A DNA stretch of 64,000 nt, from contig NC_043005.1 in the NCBI RefSeq assembly GCF_006345805.1, positions 61,504,001 to 61,568,000 on the forward strand, in the 5' to 3' direction. The stretch comes from Octopus sinensis (Eukaryota). This document shows positions 13,109 through 25,720 of the stretch, in pieces. A program made the translations under genes and the position numbers. Under the pieces are notes generated by a model. That model made no database searches, was not told the origin of the DNA, and worked only from the letters and a program-made list of their open reading frames with translations. The stretch's first letter is position 1. Each line of letters opens with the position of its first letter.

Positions 13109-13549
13109 AGATACATCTTTAATTAAACTATTGACTGCCTTAAAACAGGTTTCAACAGACAAATATTACTATAATGGATAATATAAGCATATAACTACTT
13201 ATACACACATACAATAAATACAGACACACACATTAGTCAGACATATAGCCACATATACACACACTGCAAGAATATATTTATTTATAAAGTTTAAACAGAA
13301 CATTTAATGAAATGTATTTATTTATAAACTTTAAACTGAACTTCTATTGTTTTATAAGCCTAACAGCGAACCTGACGCAAATACACGAAGTTGACGACTT
13401 TCACTTCTGACAGCTAAAAGCATGACAGTATGCCAAATCTTCTTTTGCCCAATGATTTGTTCACACTTCAATTTTGCCCAATAATTTGTTGACACTTCAA
13501 TTTACTATTTTCTAGAAATGTTTCTTTTCTAAATTATTGATATGTTATT

Positions 13550-13925
13550 TTTTTTTCCTTGTGAAAATTCCGGGGGAGGGGGTTACCCCCCCTTTCCGGA
13601 GCAATTCCGGACCAAAATATGGGATTTGCAGCATATTAGGAGGTCAGGGTACTTGATTCCACGCAAAAAATCTGATTTTTTTTTTCTTGTGAAAATTCCG
13701 GGGGGGGGTGTTACCCCCCCTTCCGGACCAAAATATGGGATTTGCAGCATATTAGGAGGTCAGGGTACTTGATTCCACGCTAGAAATCTGATTTTTTTTT
13801 TTTTTCCTTGTGAAAATTCCGGGGGGGGGGTATTCCCCCCCCCCTTTCCGGAGGAATTCCGGACCAAAATATGGGATTTGCAGCATATTAGGAGGTCAGG
13901 GTATTTGATTCCACGCAAAAAATCC
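13550..13925 (-). repeat. Subterminal tandem array, 3 units, in the right arm
   Basis: Reverse complement of the left-arm unit, with GATTCCACGC three times. One unit has lost the segment between its two TCCGGA motifs. Confidence 0.9.
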
Positions 13926-14868
13926 AAGTTTTTTTTTTTTTTTCTTAGTGAAAATCGTGGGGGTGATAATCTGTAATTTTACCTTTTTTCCATTTGTTTA
14001 TTGCTTATACGTGATTTTTTTATGCATGTTTACGTTTGTGTGTCGATGATCTGTTTATGCCAAGTGTAGTTGTGTTTTTGGGTATATCTTATTGTATCTA
14101 TATTTTTGTGTATATTTTATCGTATTTGTTGTGAATGTGTTTAATAAAAATGAGTAGCGTCTGAATACAAAATAAGCATACGTACTTTCAAATGGAATAT
14201 TATTATTATAAGACAAAGCAAAATAGAATATACGAACATAAAAAAGGCAAAATTTAAGTTACGGTAAACGGCTCAGCCGCATATATGGCTGACTGGCTAA
14301 AAAGTTCGTTGTGCAGTCATGATGTCTTGTTGTTAAGCAACAAGACGGGTATGGGTGATTAGATGATGGTCTAGAGCTTATGGGCGGGAGACCCCTGACC
14401 TTGGAAAAAAAACTTTGGTCGTCTTGTTGTAGTCGAGGGCTCTTCGTTGACGCCCGACACCACTGGGAGGTGGCCCTCAAAGTCGCTGGAAATGGAGATC
14501 TCCAGGTCCAAATTCTTGAACGGCGATATGATGTCTTGGGCTCATTGTCAATACCTGATATCATGACTAAATACCTGTTGTCATAATAATGAGTCGATCC
14601 ATGCACGGTGATTGGAAAATGTGTTAACGACCATTCAATGGGCTGCTCCTGTAATTCAAAAATTCAGCCTATATCAAATTGAGTTACACTGATTCTACTT
14701 GTGAATTAAGTTAAGGCTACGCGTGTCAGCGGAATATAGAACCATTTACACATTCATTAAAGCCTAGGCTGCTCAGTTGATCGAACGACTGGATTCACAC
14801 ATATTCTTGATTCCACACATATTGCCGTGTTTATGTGAGTGTGTGTATATATATATGTATGTATGTAT

Positions 14869-15091
14869 AAGGCGGCGAGCTGGCAGAAACGTTAGCGCGC
14901 CGGGCGAAATGCTTAGCGGTATTTCGTCTCTCGTTACGTTCTGAGTTGAAATTCCACCGAGGTTGACATTGCCTTTTACCCTTTCGGGGTCGATAAATAA
15001 AGTATCAGCTTCGCAGTGGGGTCTATGTAATCGACTTAATCCCTTCGTCTGTTCCCTCTATGTTTAGCCCCTTGTAGGCAGTAAAGAAATA
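14869..15091 (+). mobile_element. SINE family B, full length
   Basis: Head AAGGCGGCGAGCTGGCAGAAACGTTAG through tail TTTAGCCCCTTGTAGGCAGTAAAGAAATA. Confidence 0.85.
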
Positions 15092-15259
15092 TATATGTAT
15101 GTGTGTGTGTATCTATGTATGTATGTATACATAATATATATGTATATGTGTTTGTGTGTGTGTGTGTCTGTGTGTGAGTATCTCTGCATGTATCTATACA
15201 TATAATATAAAACTTACTTGGAAAAGGATGCGTGGTGTTCGATCATATAATAACATAAA

Positions 15260-15559
15260 TCTATATATTTAAAACTGAAGTTGTGTGGTGTCTGTCTACT
15301 ACGATTTAGATTCCTAACTACTCACACATTTTTCGGTGCAGTTTAACCAAAAGCGGGTATCTTATATTCGTGATTCATATCGAGCCCTTCTGGATATTAG
15401 CGCGCGTCTACGATGAGTCTACGATTTTAAAAAAATTTACCATCATTTATTTCCATTTTTAATGCATTTTTTGCTATTATATAAGGGAAGCAACTCTCTA
15501 AAAATGCTTATATAGTTATTTCCCTTACAAATCCGAGCAACGCCGGGTGATACTGCTAG
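15260..15559 (+). mobile_element. Non-autonomous Helitron
   Basis: A|TCTATATATTTAAAACTGAAGTTG 5' end and a 3' GC-rich hairpin (CCGAGCAACGCCGGG) followed by CTAG|T. It sits between A and T with no TSD. Confidence 0.8.
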
Positions 15560-15585
15560 TAATTTATAAATATATGCATATATAC

Positions 15586-15808
15586 ATTTCGTCTGCCGTT
15601 ACGTTCTGAGTTCAAATTCCGCCGAGGTCAACTTTGCCTTTCATCCTTTCGGGGTCGATAAATTAAGCACCAGTTACGCACTAGGGTCGATGTAATCGGC
15701 TTAATCCGTTTGTCTGTCCTTGTTTGTTCCCTCTGTGTTTAGCCCCCTGTAGGTAGTAAAGAAATAGAAATAGGTATTTCGCCCGTCGCTACGTTCTGAT
15801 TTCAAATT
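15586..15808 (+). mobile_element. 5'-truncated SINE family B with re-entry into the SINE body after its tail
   Basis: The tail AAAGAAATAG is followed by GTATTTCGCCCGTCGCTACGTTCTGATTTCAAATT, a restart of the internal SINE sequence. Confidence 0.8.
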
Positions 15809-15846
15809 GTACACATCTACATCTATATATGTATGTATACATGCAA

Positions 15847-16059
15847 ATATGGGTACAGGATATCAAAACAACGTTGAAAACAATGAGAAACGAAAACATA
15901 AAGACAAAAACATGGAAACGAACTATATTTTAAACAACGAAAGAACAGAGTACCAGACACACAACACAAGGAGTATCCCCCTCTTTTAATTTTTTCTGTT
16001 TCGTCTACTCCGTGTTTCGGCATTGTGTGCAACGTTGTTTTGATGTCCTGTACCCATAT
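15847..16059. mobile_element. Small inverted-repeat element within TA/TG-rich DNA (unclassified)
   Basis: 39-bp arms at 15847-15885 (ATATGGGTACAGGATATCAAAACAACGTTGAAAACAATG) and 16021-16059, with few mismatches. A related start (TACAGGACATCA) follows the TA tract at ~34357. Confidence 0.55.
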
Positions 16060-16178
16060 ATGCATGTATATATACATATAGATATATGTATATATGCATA
16101 AATTTATATATTATTTATATTATTATACATATATTATATGTATATATGTGTGTGTGTTTGTGTGCGCGTGCATGTATT

Positions 16179-16211
<33 letters not shown>

Positions 16212-16493
16212 GCGTGAGAGTATGCAGTTATCTACATATCTTTCTTGAAATATTAGGCAGAATTAAACTGTTGAAAAGAACATTTCAATCTGTATAATGA
16301 AATTCAGAAAAACATAACTTGATAAATAAATAATAACTTGAAAAGTGTACACAAATAGATCAAATGAATATATAATCAACTCGGGCTTGGTAGATCGAAT
16401 TATGTTTGTTAATAACAACAAATATAGTAATCACTACAAGCACAACCGTAAGAACACATTAATTTTATCATTATTACTATCATCATCATCATT

Positions 16494-16524
<31 letters not shown>

Positions 16525-16532
16525 ACATCATC

Positions 16533-16570
<38 letters not shown>

Positions 16571-16573
16571 CAT

Positions 16574-16620
<47 letters not shown>

Positions 16621-16624
16621 TTTT

Positions 16625-17017
16625 AAGGCGGCGAGCTGGCAGAAACGTTAGCACGCCGGGTGAAATGCTTAGCGGTATTTCGTCTGCCGTTACGTTCTGA
16701 GTTCAAATTCTGCTGAGGTCCACTTTGCCTTTCATCCTTTCGAGGTCGATAAATTAAGTACCAGTTACACACTGGGGTCGATATAATCGATTTAATCCGT
16801 TTGTCTGTCCTTGTTTGTCCTCTCTGCGTTTAGCCCCTTGTGGTTAGTAAAGAAATAGGTAGTTCACTCGTCGCTACGTTCTGAGTTCAAATTCCGCTGA
16901 GTTTCGACTATGCCTTTCATCCTTTCGAGGTCGATAAATTAATGAAGTGCTAATGAAACGTTAGAGTCGATTTAATCGACTCATTCCCTCCTCCAAAATG
17001 GCTGCCCGTTTTGGCAA
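16625..17017 (+). mobile_element. SINE family B head-to-tail dimer between trinucleotide tracts
   Basis: A full copy (16625-~16860) is followed by a headless second copy and then (ATT)n. Confidence 0.8.
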
Positions 17018-17018
17018 A

Positions 17019-17071
<53 letters not shown>

Positions 17072-17689
17072 CATTACTATCATTATTACTGTTAGTTTTT
17101 CTGCCTTCAATTTTGTCTTTGTTTCCTGTCGACTGTCTTCTCAACACCTAGGGCAAAGAAGCTCACTTTATTATTATTATTATTATTATGATTATTATTA
17201 TTATTATTATTATTATCATCATCATCATCCTTATTACTACTACTTCTACTACAGCAACTACGTCTACTACCGCTACTACTTCTACTATACCGCTACTACT
17301 ATATCACTACTACTGCTGCAGCTGTTTTAGAAGTGAAAGTTGAAATATATGAACAAGAAAAAAGCAAATGACCTGAAAATATTTGTGATCTACATTTGTT
17401 TTTAGTTAGAGCATGAAAGATTAAAAAAAGTCAGTCATGATGTTTGTTGCAGTACACAACTGTGTCTTCGCTTGTATAGAGGGGGAGAGTGAAATAGGGA
17501 TGGACGAGATAGTGACAGGGTAAAAAGGAGAAAAGAAATCTAGAGGTTGTGAACATAAAAACAGAATGCTTTCAGTTTAGATGAGAGAATGAGGAGATAG
17601 TGTAAGGTGAAATCTTTGCATAATGAAATGTTAGTGCATGACAGTGGAGACGGTATTGAAGGAGATGTCGAGCGTAAGGGACAGTGAGA

Positions 17690-18037
17690 AAGAGAGAGAG
17701 AGAGAGAATAAGTGAGAGCAAGTGAGAGCAAGAGAGAGAGAGCAAGTGAGTGCAAGAGAAACAGAGAGAGCAAGTGAGAGCAAGAGAGAGAGAGCAAATG
17801 AGAGCAAGAGAGAGAGAGCAAGTGAGAGCAAGTGAGAGCAAGAGAGAGAGCAAGTGAGAGCAAGAGAGAGAGAGAGCAAGTGAGAGCAAGAGAGAGAGAG
17901 AAGAGAGAGAGAGAGAGCAAGAGCGAGAGAGCAAGTGAGAGCAAGAGAGTGACACAGCAAGTGAAAGCAAGAGAGAGAGCAAGAGAGCGAGAGAGCAAGA
18001 GAGCAAGATAGCGAGAGAGCAAGTAAGCGCAAGAGAC

Positions 18038-18069
<32 letters not shown>

Positions 18070-18085
18070 CAAGACAGAGAGAGAG
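17690..18085. repeat. GA-rich compound satellite, (GA)n interrupted by GAGCAAGT units
   Basis: Directly visible; source of the Leu/Ser-rich minus-strand ORFs. Confidence 0.9.
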
Positions 18086-19025
18086 GGGTTAATGTATGGA
18101 AGAGATATAGTGAGCCTGAAATATGGAAAGAAGAGTAATATAGAAAAAACACATGAAGTGTTTCGAAAAATATAGTTATATGATATTAAGCGAGATGAGG
18201 ATATGAAAAATGCTAATTAAGAGATATGGAAGCTTACACTTCATGGTATCTAAGTCTAGACTGTGCAAAAGCCAATTGAGTATGTAACGATCAGAGAAAA
18301 TAACTGAAGAATAGTTGCGAATCTGAAAGTCAGTCATCCTGAAACGAAGAATTCACTCTGTGTTGTTTGTATAGTAACATAGATGCTACAACATGAAAGA
18401 GTCAGTCTTATACTTGCAGAGAATTATTTATTTGACTATTGTTTGTTTGTTGTTGATTTTTTCTTTTGTCTGCTTGATTTTGATTGTCTTAGTGTGTTTT
18501 TGGATTTTCTTTTTACTTTGTATATATTATATTTTATTTATATAATGTCCTTTTATGATTTGTTTGGGAAAAATACATATAATGTTTGATCACTGAAATA
18601 TTTTGAGTGGAGATTACTAATGAATGGTAGAATAAACAAAAGTTTGCACCAGACAAAACTAAACTATGTTCAAATTGTATTTGTTGGGCACACATATGAT
18701 TTATCTTATTGTAATGTTAATGATACATTTAAAAGTTTATGGTAATAGGGATGGTGCTTCTGTACAGTATGAAGAATGCTCTTAGGATATATTTTTGTTT
18801 CATTTGTTCCAGGTCAGTTCTTAATCGAGCAGACTTTATAACTAGATACATTCCAACCATAACCAGCCAATCTTATAGCGTATATAGGATTACTTTATAC
18901 AGTGCAGGATTCCATAAAGTAGTCTAAGATACGCTAGAAGATGGGTTGTTCTTTATTGAGTGGGTAGGGTATAATTTGATGGCAATTTGGCCTCTATATC
19001 TTAGCCTGTGGAGTGACCGCATAGA

Positions 19026-19950
19026 CTATCTCTCTCTCCCATTTTCCCTATATAAGATACCAACAAATAAATAGAATAGACAGTTGTAAACTACCGCTGC
19101 CATTTAAAATAATGAATGTCACTTCGTGTTATCTACTCAACATAAAAGTGGAGGCACATGGCCTAGTGGTTAGAGCAGCGGACTCGCGGTCGAAGGAGCG
19201 CGGGTTCGAATCTCAGACCGGCTGACGTGTGTGTTTATGAGCGAAACACCTAAGCTCCACGCGGCTCCAACAGAAGGTAGTGGCGAACTTCTGCTGACTC
19301 TTTCACCACAACTTTCTCTCACTCTTTCCTCCTGCATCTTGCAGCTCACCTGCGCGGCGTCCCGTCTAGGTGGGGTACCTGTACGCCAAGGAAACCGGGA
19401 AACCGGTCCTTATGAGCCAGGCATGGCTCGAGAAGGAACAAACAACAAACTCAACATAAAAACAAAGCAGCGTTAGTGACATAATGCAAGGCTCTGTATT
19501 TTTGACTGCAGCAAGAAATATGTAAATAAAGAACTGGTGTATTTCCCCGCCATTTTGCGGCAGTTGTTCTTTTCTTTGGTTATTTCAGTATGGGACATGT
19601 TATACATCAATATGGAATGTGTTGTATTGAAAGCGAGGAGTGAAAGTTAACGTTTTAGGCTTTTGCCTAAAGGAAGGGGAAATCATCAACATTCTAGACG
19701 CTCCCCTTTGTTAACAACGAAACCCTCACCAATTTCTTCGGATTCTGGACGCTATCTTCTTTCTCTATCTTTTCTCCCCCTCTCCCCCCTCTTTCTCAAT
19801 ATAGGATGCCAACAAATAGAGTAGACAGTCGCAAACTACCGCTGCCATTTAAAATAATGAATGTCACTACATGTTATCTACTGAACATAAAAACAACGCA
19901 GCGTTAGCGACACAATGCAAGGTTCTGTATTTTTGACTGCAGCAAGAAAT
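19026..19950 (+). repeat. Local ~190-bp direct duplication (19026-19519, interrupted by a SINE; 19752-19950, uninterrupted)
   Basis: AAACTACCGCTGCCATTTAAAATAATGAATGTCACT and CTGTATTTTTGACTGCAGCAAGAAAT occur in both copies. Confidence 0.9.
19148..19448 (+). mobile_element. tRNA-derived SINE related to family C, full length with TSD
   Basis: A-box TGGCCTAGTGG and B-box GGTTCGAATCTC. It shares GAAACCGGGAAACCGG..ATGAG with the 4526 element and has a (CAA)n tail. TSD ACTCAACATAAAA at 19135-19147 and 19449-19461. Confidence 0.9.
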
Positions 19951-21265
19951 TTGAAATTTGTAAAATGATTGAAGGGAAATAGGAAAATTATAATTGCTTT
20001 AAATACTTGAAAAATGAGTATTTAAAAAGCATTAATTAGCTAATAATTAAATGTTACAAAATTACAAAGTGGTTAGAGTAGGAATTGTAGCATAAACAAT
20101 CAATTTACTGCATGCATGCAATCCATCATATTACTTAAATGAATGAGTGTAATATTGGGAGAGCTGAAGATGAAGGCAATTACTGTATCATTAGTTCATA
20201 TGCAATTAACCTATGCTGCTTTTTATTTTGCCTCAGCAAGGCAGGCACTTAACCGTCAAGTAGGCAAATCCACATAGAAGTAAACAGATACAAGTGGGAA
20301 CACTTCATAATTAATGAGCACTTCGTTAGCTTCTATTATTGTCTCTCGCCGAAGAAGTATCGGGGATACAACATGGCTGAATTTCTCAAGAAACGTTATT
20401 TATATAAGGAACAACTTCTTCAGTAGGGCTTCAACAATTTAATGGGTTATAGAACTCCGCCATCACACCCACTACCCTAATCATTATAATTACCATCCCA
20501 ATATGAGAACCAAGTTGATGTCTAAATAAATGTTGCTATACACTTACACACTTAAGAAGATAGTTGCTTTACAAAACGCAATTGATAATTAATATTCATA
20601 AAATAGTGGTTAAACCTTAGGTTATCTTGATACGAATCTTTCTAAAACGTGTTCGCATTTTTGTAGATTTCAAATATATGCCACTCGTACCGGACGAGCC
20701 ATAAACTACAGTAGAATAAAAATAATAAAATAGCAAATACATGTTCCTGTCTCCTACCTCTCAGCACCACACACGCGCATATCACTTGTACAATTCATGA
20801 ACTTTTGAGAATGTAAGACAGTTTATAGTACAATCATTTTGCAATATAAGCTGATGGCAAAACTAAATTGTGAAATCGCCATCTGAAATTATTTCACAAA
20901 CATTCTTGGGTAAAATGTGTATATTATCATTACATCTCAGTCCTTCACCCATCAGTTCATTAGGTATCAAAGCGGTGAAGGAGTTATTGTTATGAGAGGT
21001 TGTTTCATGTGCTAGAAGTAGCCATCAAATCTCTCCTAAATCATACCATGCGATTTAAAATAGAAAGCCAAATATTATTCTTGTGCAATAATTACGGGTT
21101 AGCAATAGATTCATCGTTTTTAATCATGTGTCTGCTCCGTCGGGGTTGACCTGGGCTATAGCAAATCATAAATCATTTAAAACCAACAATAATTTATATC
21201 AATTTTTAGAGAAGAAATTTCTGCTTTCGAATATTATTAAAATACATCACATTATATGTGTAAAG

Positions 21266-21484
21266 AAGGCGGCGAGCAAGCAGAATCGTTATCATCCCTA
21301 TCAAAATACTTAGTGGTATATCTTCCGGCTTTACTTCCTGAGTCAAAATGTTACCGAGGTCAATTTCGTCTTTTAATCCTTCAAGATCGATAGAATAAGT
21401 ACCAGTTGAGTACTGGGGTCGATGTAATCGACTAGCCCCTTCCCAAAATACGTCAGGTTTTGCGCCTAGAGTAGAAAGAATTAT
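21266..21484 (+). mobile_element. SINE family B, diverged full-length copy
   Basis: Head, central AGTACCAG..GGGGTCGATGTAATCGAC block and GCCTAGAGTAGAAAGAA tail. Confidence 0.75.
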
Positions 21485-22339
21485 TGAATATATGCACTGT
21501 ACCTGACTAGTGGTTGGAATCAAGATCATGAGGGTGTGGGTTTGATTCGGGAATGAGGTAACCAGCTGTGTTCTTGAGCTAGATGCGTCATTTGACGTAG
21601 CTCCAGTCTAGTAGTGCTATATGCAGCCCTGATCCCCACCCCTCATCTTTTAAATCTTTGATGTTTTGCTACGTCAAGTTATGGAAGAATCGAGAGGGTG
21701 TCTCTGCCTGCTCGTAACTACACAGGCAGCTAAAGCAATTAGCAAATGTGTGGTAAAAGTTAACATGTCATACACCGTTACGAGTGACGGTTATGCATGC
21801 CAGAATTAATTAATATATGAAAGCTAAATTGTATATAAACTAAGATTAATAAAGTTCTTATCACGTAGACCATAAGCCCATCTATATGCTCTAGCAGAGT
21901 CGTGCTTAATATTCTTTTATAAGATTAATTTCAAAATTTGCACAATATTACATACTGTGGAGAAAGCAAAACTGACAACGGTGACATTTGATCTTAAGAT
22001 GTAAAAAGATCCTAGCTAAATGCTATTAGATGTTCTTACCGACGCTGCTATCATTCAGTGAAGCTGCCGCGCTAGAATTATATTATAAATAATTTGTATT
22101 TAGACATTAAATAAATAATAGTTTTCACAAATATTAATGAAAGATTATCACTTGAAATATAAATTTAAATATAACATTTATATGTTTGCGATATATAAAT
22201 ATTATATTCCAATTTATAGAATCGTGAGGTACTGCTATCGTACACACAGAACGCGGACGAAATTAAAAGATTTCTGGAAAATTTAAAGTTTAGTTTGAAA
22301 GTTTACATCTTCAACTGCATCTTGCCAACTACCACTCTT

Positions 22340-22953
22340 CACTCCGAATCAACTTCATAGAAAGCATGGACTATTGGAATATAACTTTTCCACTGGCAAT
22401 GTTTCAAAATGCGATAGACGCTTGATTTTGAAATTCCTATCTCATGATTTGCTTGCCACACAAATTTTCTTGAACGCTGGCAATGTTTCACACATTGTAA
22501 TCGTAGTTGCTGTCCACCTTGTTCCGGAACGTTTCTTGTAGACATTCTGAATTGTTCCATTTGTTTCAAACTTATCCCTAATTCGAATGATGATAAGTCG
22601 CGTAGGTGGATCTGTTTGAAATTTTCTCCTAAACTCTGCAGTTCGACCGCAATTTCAAACTTCCAATGGCACTTTAATATAAATTTTCTTTGTTAACTTA
22701 GTCTAGTTCCCTTCTTTATTACTAATGGTTTCAACTACCTCAGAGATCGCCTTCGTTTTTTTATCCTTTCGGCGTCGATAAAATAATTACCAATCAAACT
22801 CTAGGGTCGTTGTAATAGACTCGTTCCGACTCCAAACTTTCAAGCCTTGTGCCTAAAGTAGAATAGAGTATTTCTAATGGATTCAATCTTAAAAGAGAAT
22901 GAAGTGTGTTATCTGCTATTAAAGTGTGTATGCATTTTGAGGGACACCCTGTA
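22340..22953 (-). pseudogene. Tc1/mariner (maT-like, DUF4817-type HTH) transposon 5' relic, interrupted by a SINE B fragment (~22742-22870)
   Basis: Minus-strand translation across frameshifts gives [34 protein letters not shown] and [40 protein letters not shown] ends at 22951-22953. Confidence 0.7.
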
Positions 22954-23647
22954 AATGTTACACAGGAAAGAGAGGTTGCCAATGCATTCTGGAATTCTGT
23001 ATATGAAATCTGAAATATAAAATCTGTATATAAAATCTGAAATCAAACAAACATTGAATCTTTCTTCTCTGTCTTTTCAGCTGATCTCACCATGACAGTC
23101 ATGCAAATTATAATGACACATTTACCTCCAGGGATACATGGAGTATTGATTATCTGCTGTTTGTTTATAACGGGTAAGGATTTATGATTATATAATAAAC
23201 ATTGAAATATTTACATTTCTTTTAACAGGTTTGAAAGAAAATTCTGTTGCATAATGATATATTTTCACAAATACAATATGATTCGTCATTATTGTCTTTA
23301 TCACTACCGTCATAATTGTCATGGATATTATAAACATTATCTTCGTTGTCGTCGTCGTGATCGTAGCCGTGGTTGTCGTCATTGCATTCGTTATCATCTT
23401 CATAGTCATCATTATTATATTTTCCCTATTGTCTAAATATTATGTACGACACGCAGATTTGCCGACGAAACGTTTCATCGTCTAGGAGCCGCTGGAAAAT
23501 GAACAAGCTTTGTCCTTCCCAACCAATTCTCTGAGAGCTGTTTGGAAGTCTGTAGGCTGATTAAGGAACGTAATATACTGGGATAAGTCCATTTACGTGA
23601 TCCTCGCCAATACATGTTGTAGTAAATAAATGATGATGGTGGTGGTA

Positions 23648-23680
<33 letters not shown>

Positions 23681-24389
23681 GTGACGACGACGACAACGAT
23701 GACGACAACGACGACGAGCGCGACGACAACGACGACGACAACGATGATAATGATGATGATATGATGATGATGTTGGTGGTGGTGGTCATCTTCTTAAGTT
23801 CGTATATAATTTGTGCTCTTTAACACGCTGTGTCTATATAAGAATTTTTCTCAAAATGGCTGCCACAGCTAACTGCGTATAATACAACACATTCATGTTA
23901 AGTTTGATGTGCAAATTAAGATTCGTTAGAATCGCAGCTTCCTTTGCCGATAGCTAATTTACCCTCAGCGCACCAGCCTTTTGCGATTAAAAAATATCGG
24001 TTTGACGAAATTTCGATTTGGCATTTGGTTGTAGACTGCTTGATGCTGCGGAAGCGCAAGTTACGCTGAAATCTCATCAGCCGGTGCTGACAAAATTTCT
24101 TCTGTTGAAATAATTTATGTTTTCTTTCAATACAGCTATACATAATATCGTGAACACTAAGCTTAATCCTTCAGCAAGAACTCTAAGAATGCATTTTCGA
24201 TTAACATATGAAAAATTGGTTGTCATATTACAAACGGTGTTTTGATATATTCACGTTAGACTTTGGATGTTTAGCATAAATGCCACTTAAGATTTGCATA
24301 TTAATTCGATCAGTAGATGAATATTTCGAATAATGTTCAGTCAACACATCATTAATATGACTTTATGGCGTATCACACAATTATATTAG

Positions 24390-25262
<873 letters not shown>

Positions 25263-25720
25263 CCGGTTCCGTTTCAGCAGAGAAAGACGTGATTGCCTTT
25301 GCTCTGTGAAAAAGTTGCATAGAACGGCGAAATAACCCACTGTAGTTGCAAAACGTAAAACTCTAAGTCATAGAGATCACTACAACACTTGGTTAAAAAT
25401 ATTTTAAAAAAATATATATAAATATATACATATACACAGTAATTTTCATTTTCGCCGAAACGCACATGGTGCAAAAATAACTGAATCAAGTTATCTCCTG
25501 CGAAAGAAAGAAAAAGAAGCATCTTCCTGAAAAAAAATCCCGTAAAAAAAAAAAAAAATAATCCAGACCACATTGTTGGATTAAGTATCAATTTATCTAT
25601 TTCATATTTTATTTATTATTCTATTTTATCTTTCTCTTAGGCCCACATCTTAGTTAAGTTGCGATCGTCATTTTGTTTGTTTACATTTTCAATAACTGTT
25701 CTCGATATAATATTTTCCAT

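Larger units (their letters stand above)
10696..13983. mobile_element. Foldback-type non-autonomous DNA transposon with very long modular TIRs (Merlin-like termini)
   Basis: Termini GGTAAAATTACAGATTATCACCCC and GGGGTGATAATCTGTAATTTTACC. An 8-bp direct repeat TTTTTTCC lies at 10688-10695 and 13984-13991. Arm 10696-12156 is the near-identical reverse complement of 12830-13983. Confidence 0.8.

Noticed and set aside
11838-13162. Paired ~95-105-aa ORFs ending [17 protein letters not shown] on both strands
   Set aside because: They are products of the TA tracts and inner inverted repeats, not proteins.
14259-14606. 115-aa ORF in a GC-richer island
   Set aside because: Possibly a retroelement 5' fragment, but I could not recognise any protein motif, so it is not called.
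18304-18350. CTGAAGA...GAAAC as a hammerhead ribozyme
   Set aside because: No stem I, II or III pairing and no cleavage triplet in register.
19148-19220. Functional tRNA gene
   Set aside because: It has A and B boxes but no proper cloverleaf, and it continues into a SINE body with a tail and TSD. The same applies to the other SINE heads.
23440-23620. Penelope-like fragment (GACGAAACGTTTCATCGTCTAG)
   Set aside because: Too short, with no complete hammerhead core or coding motif to support it.
23916-24143. Short ORF in unique sequence as an exon
   Set aside because: No homology recognised in any frame.
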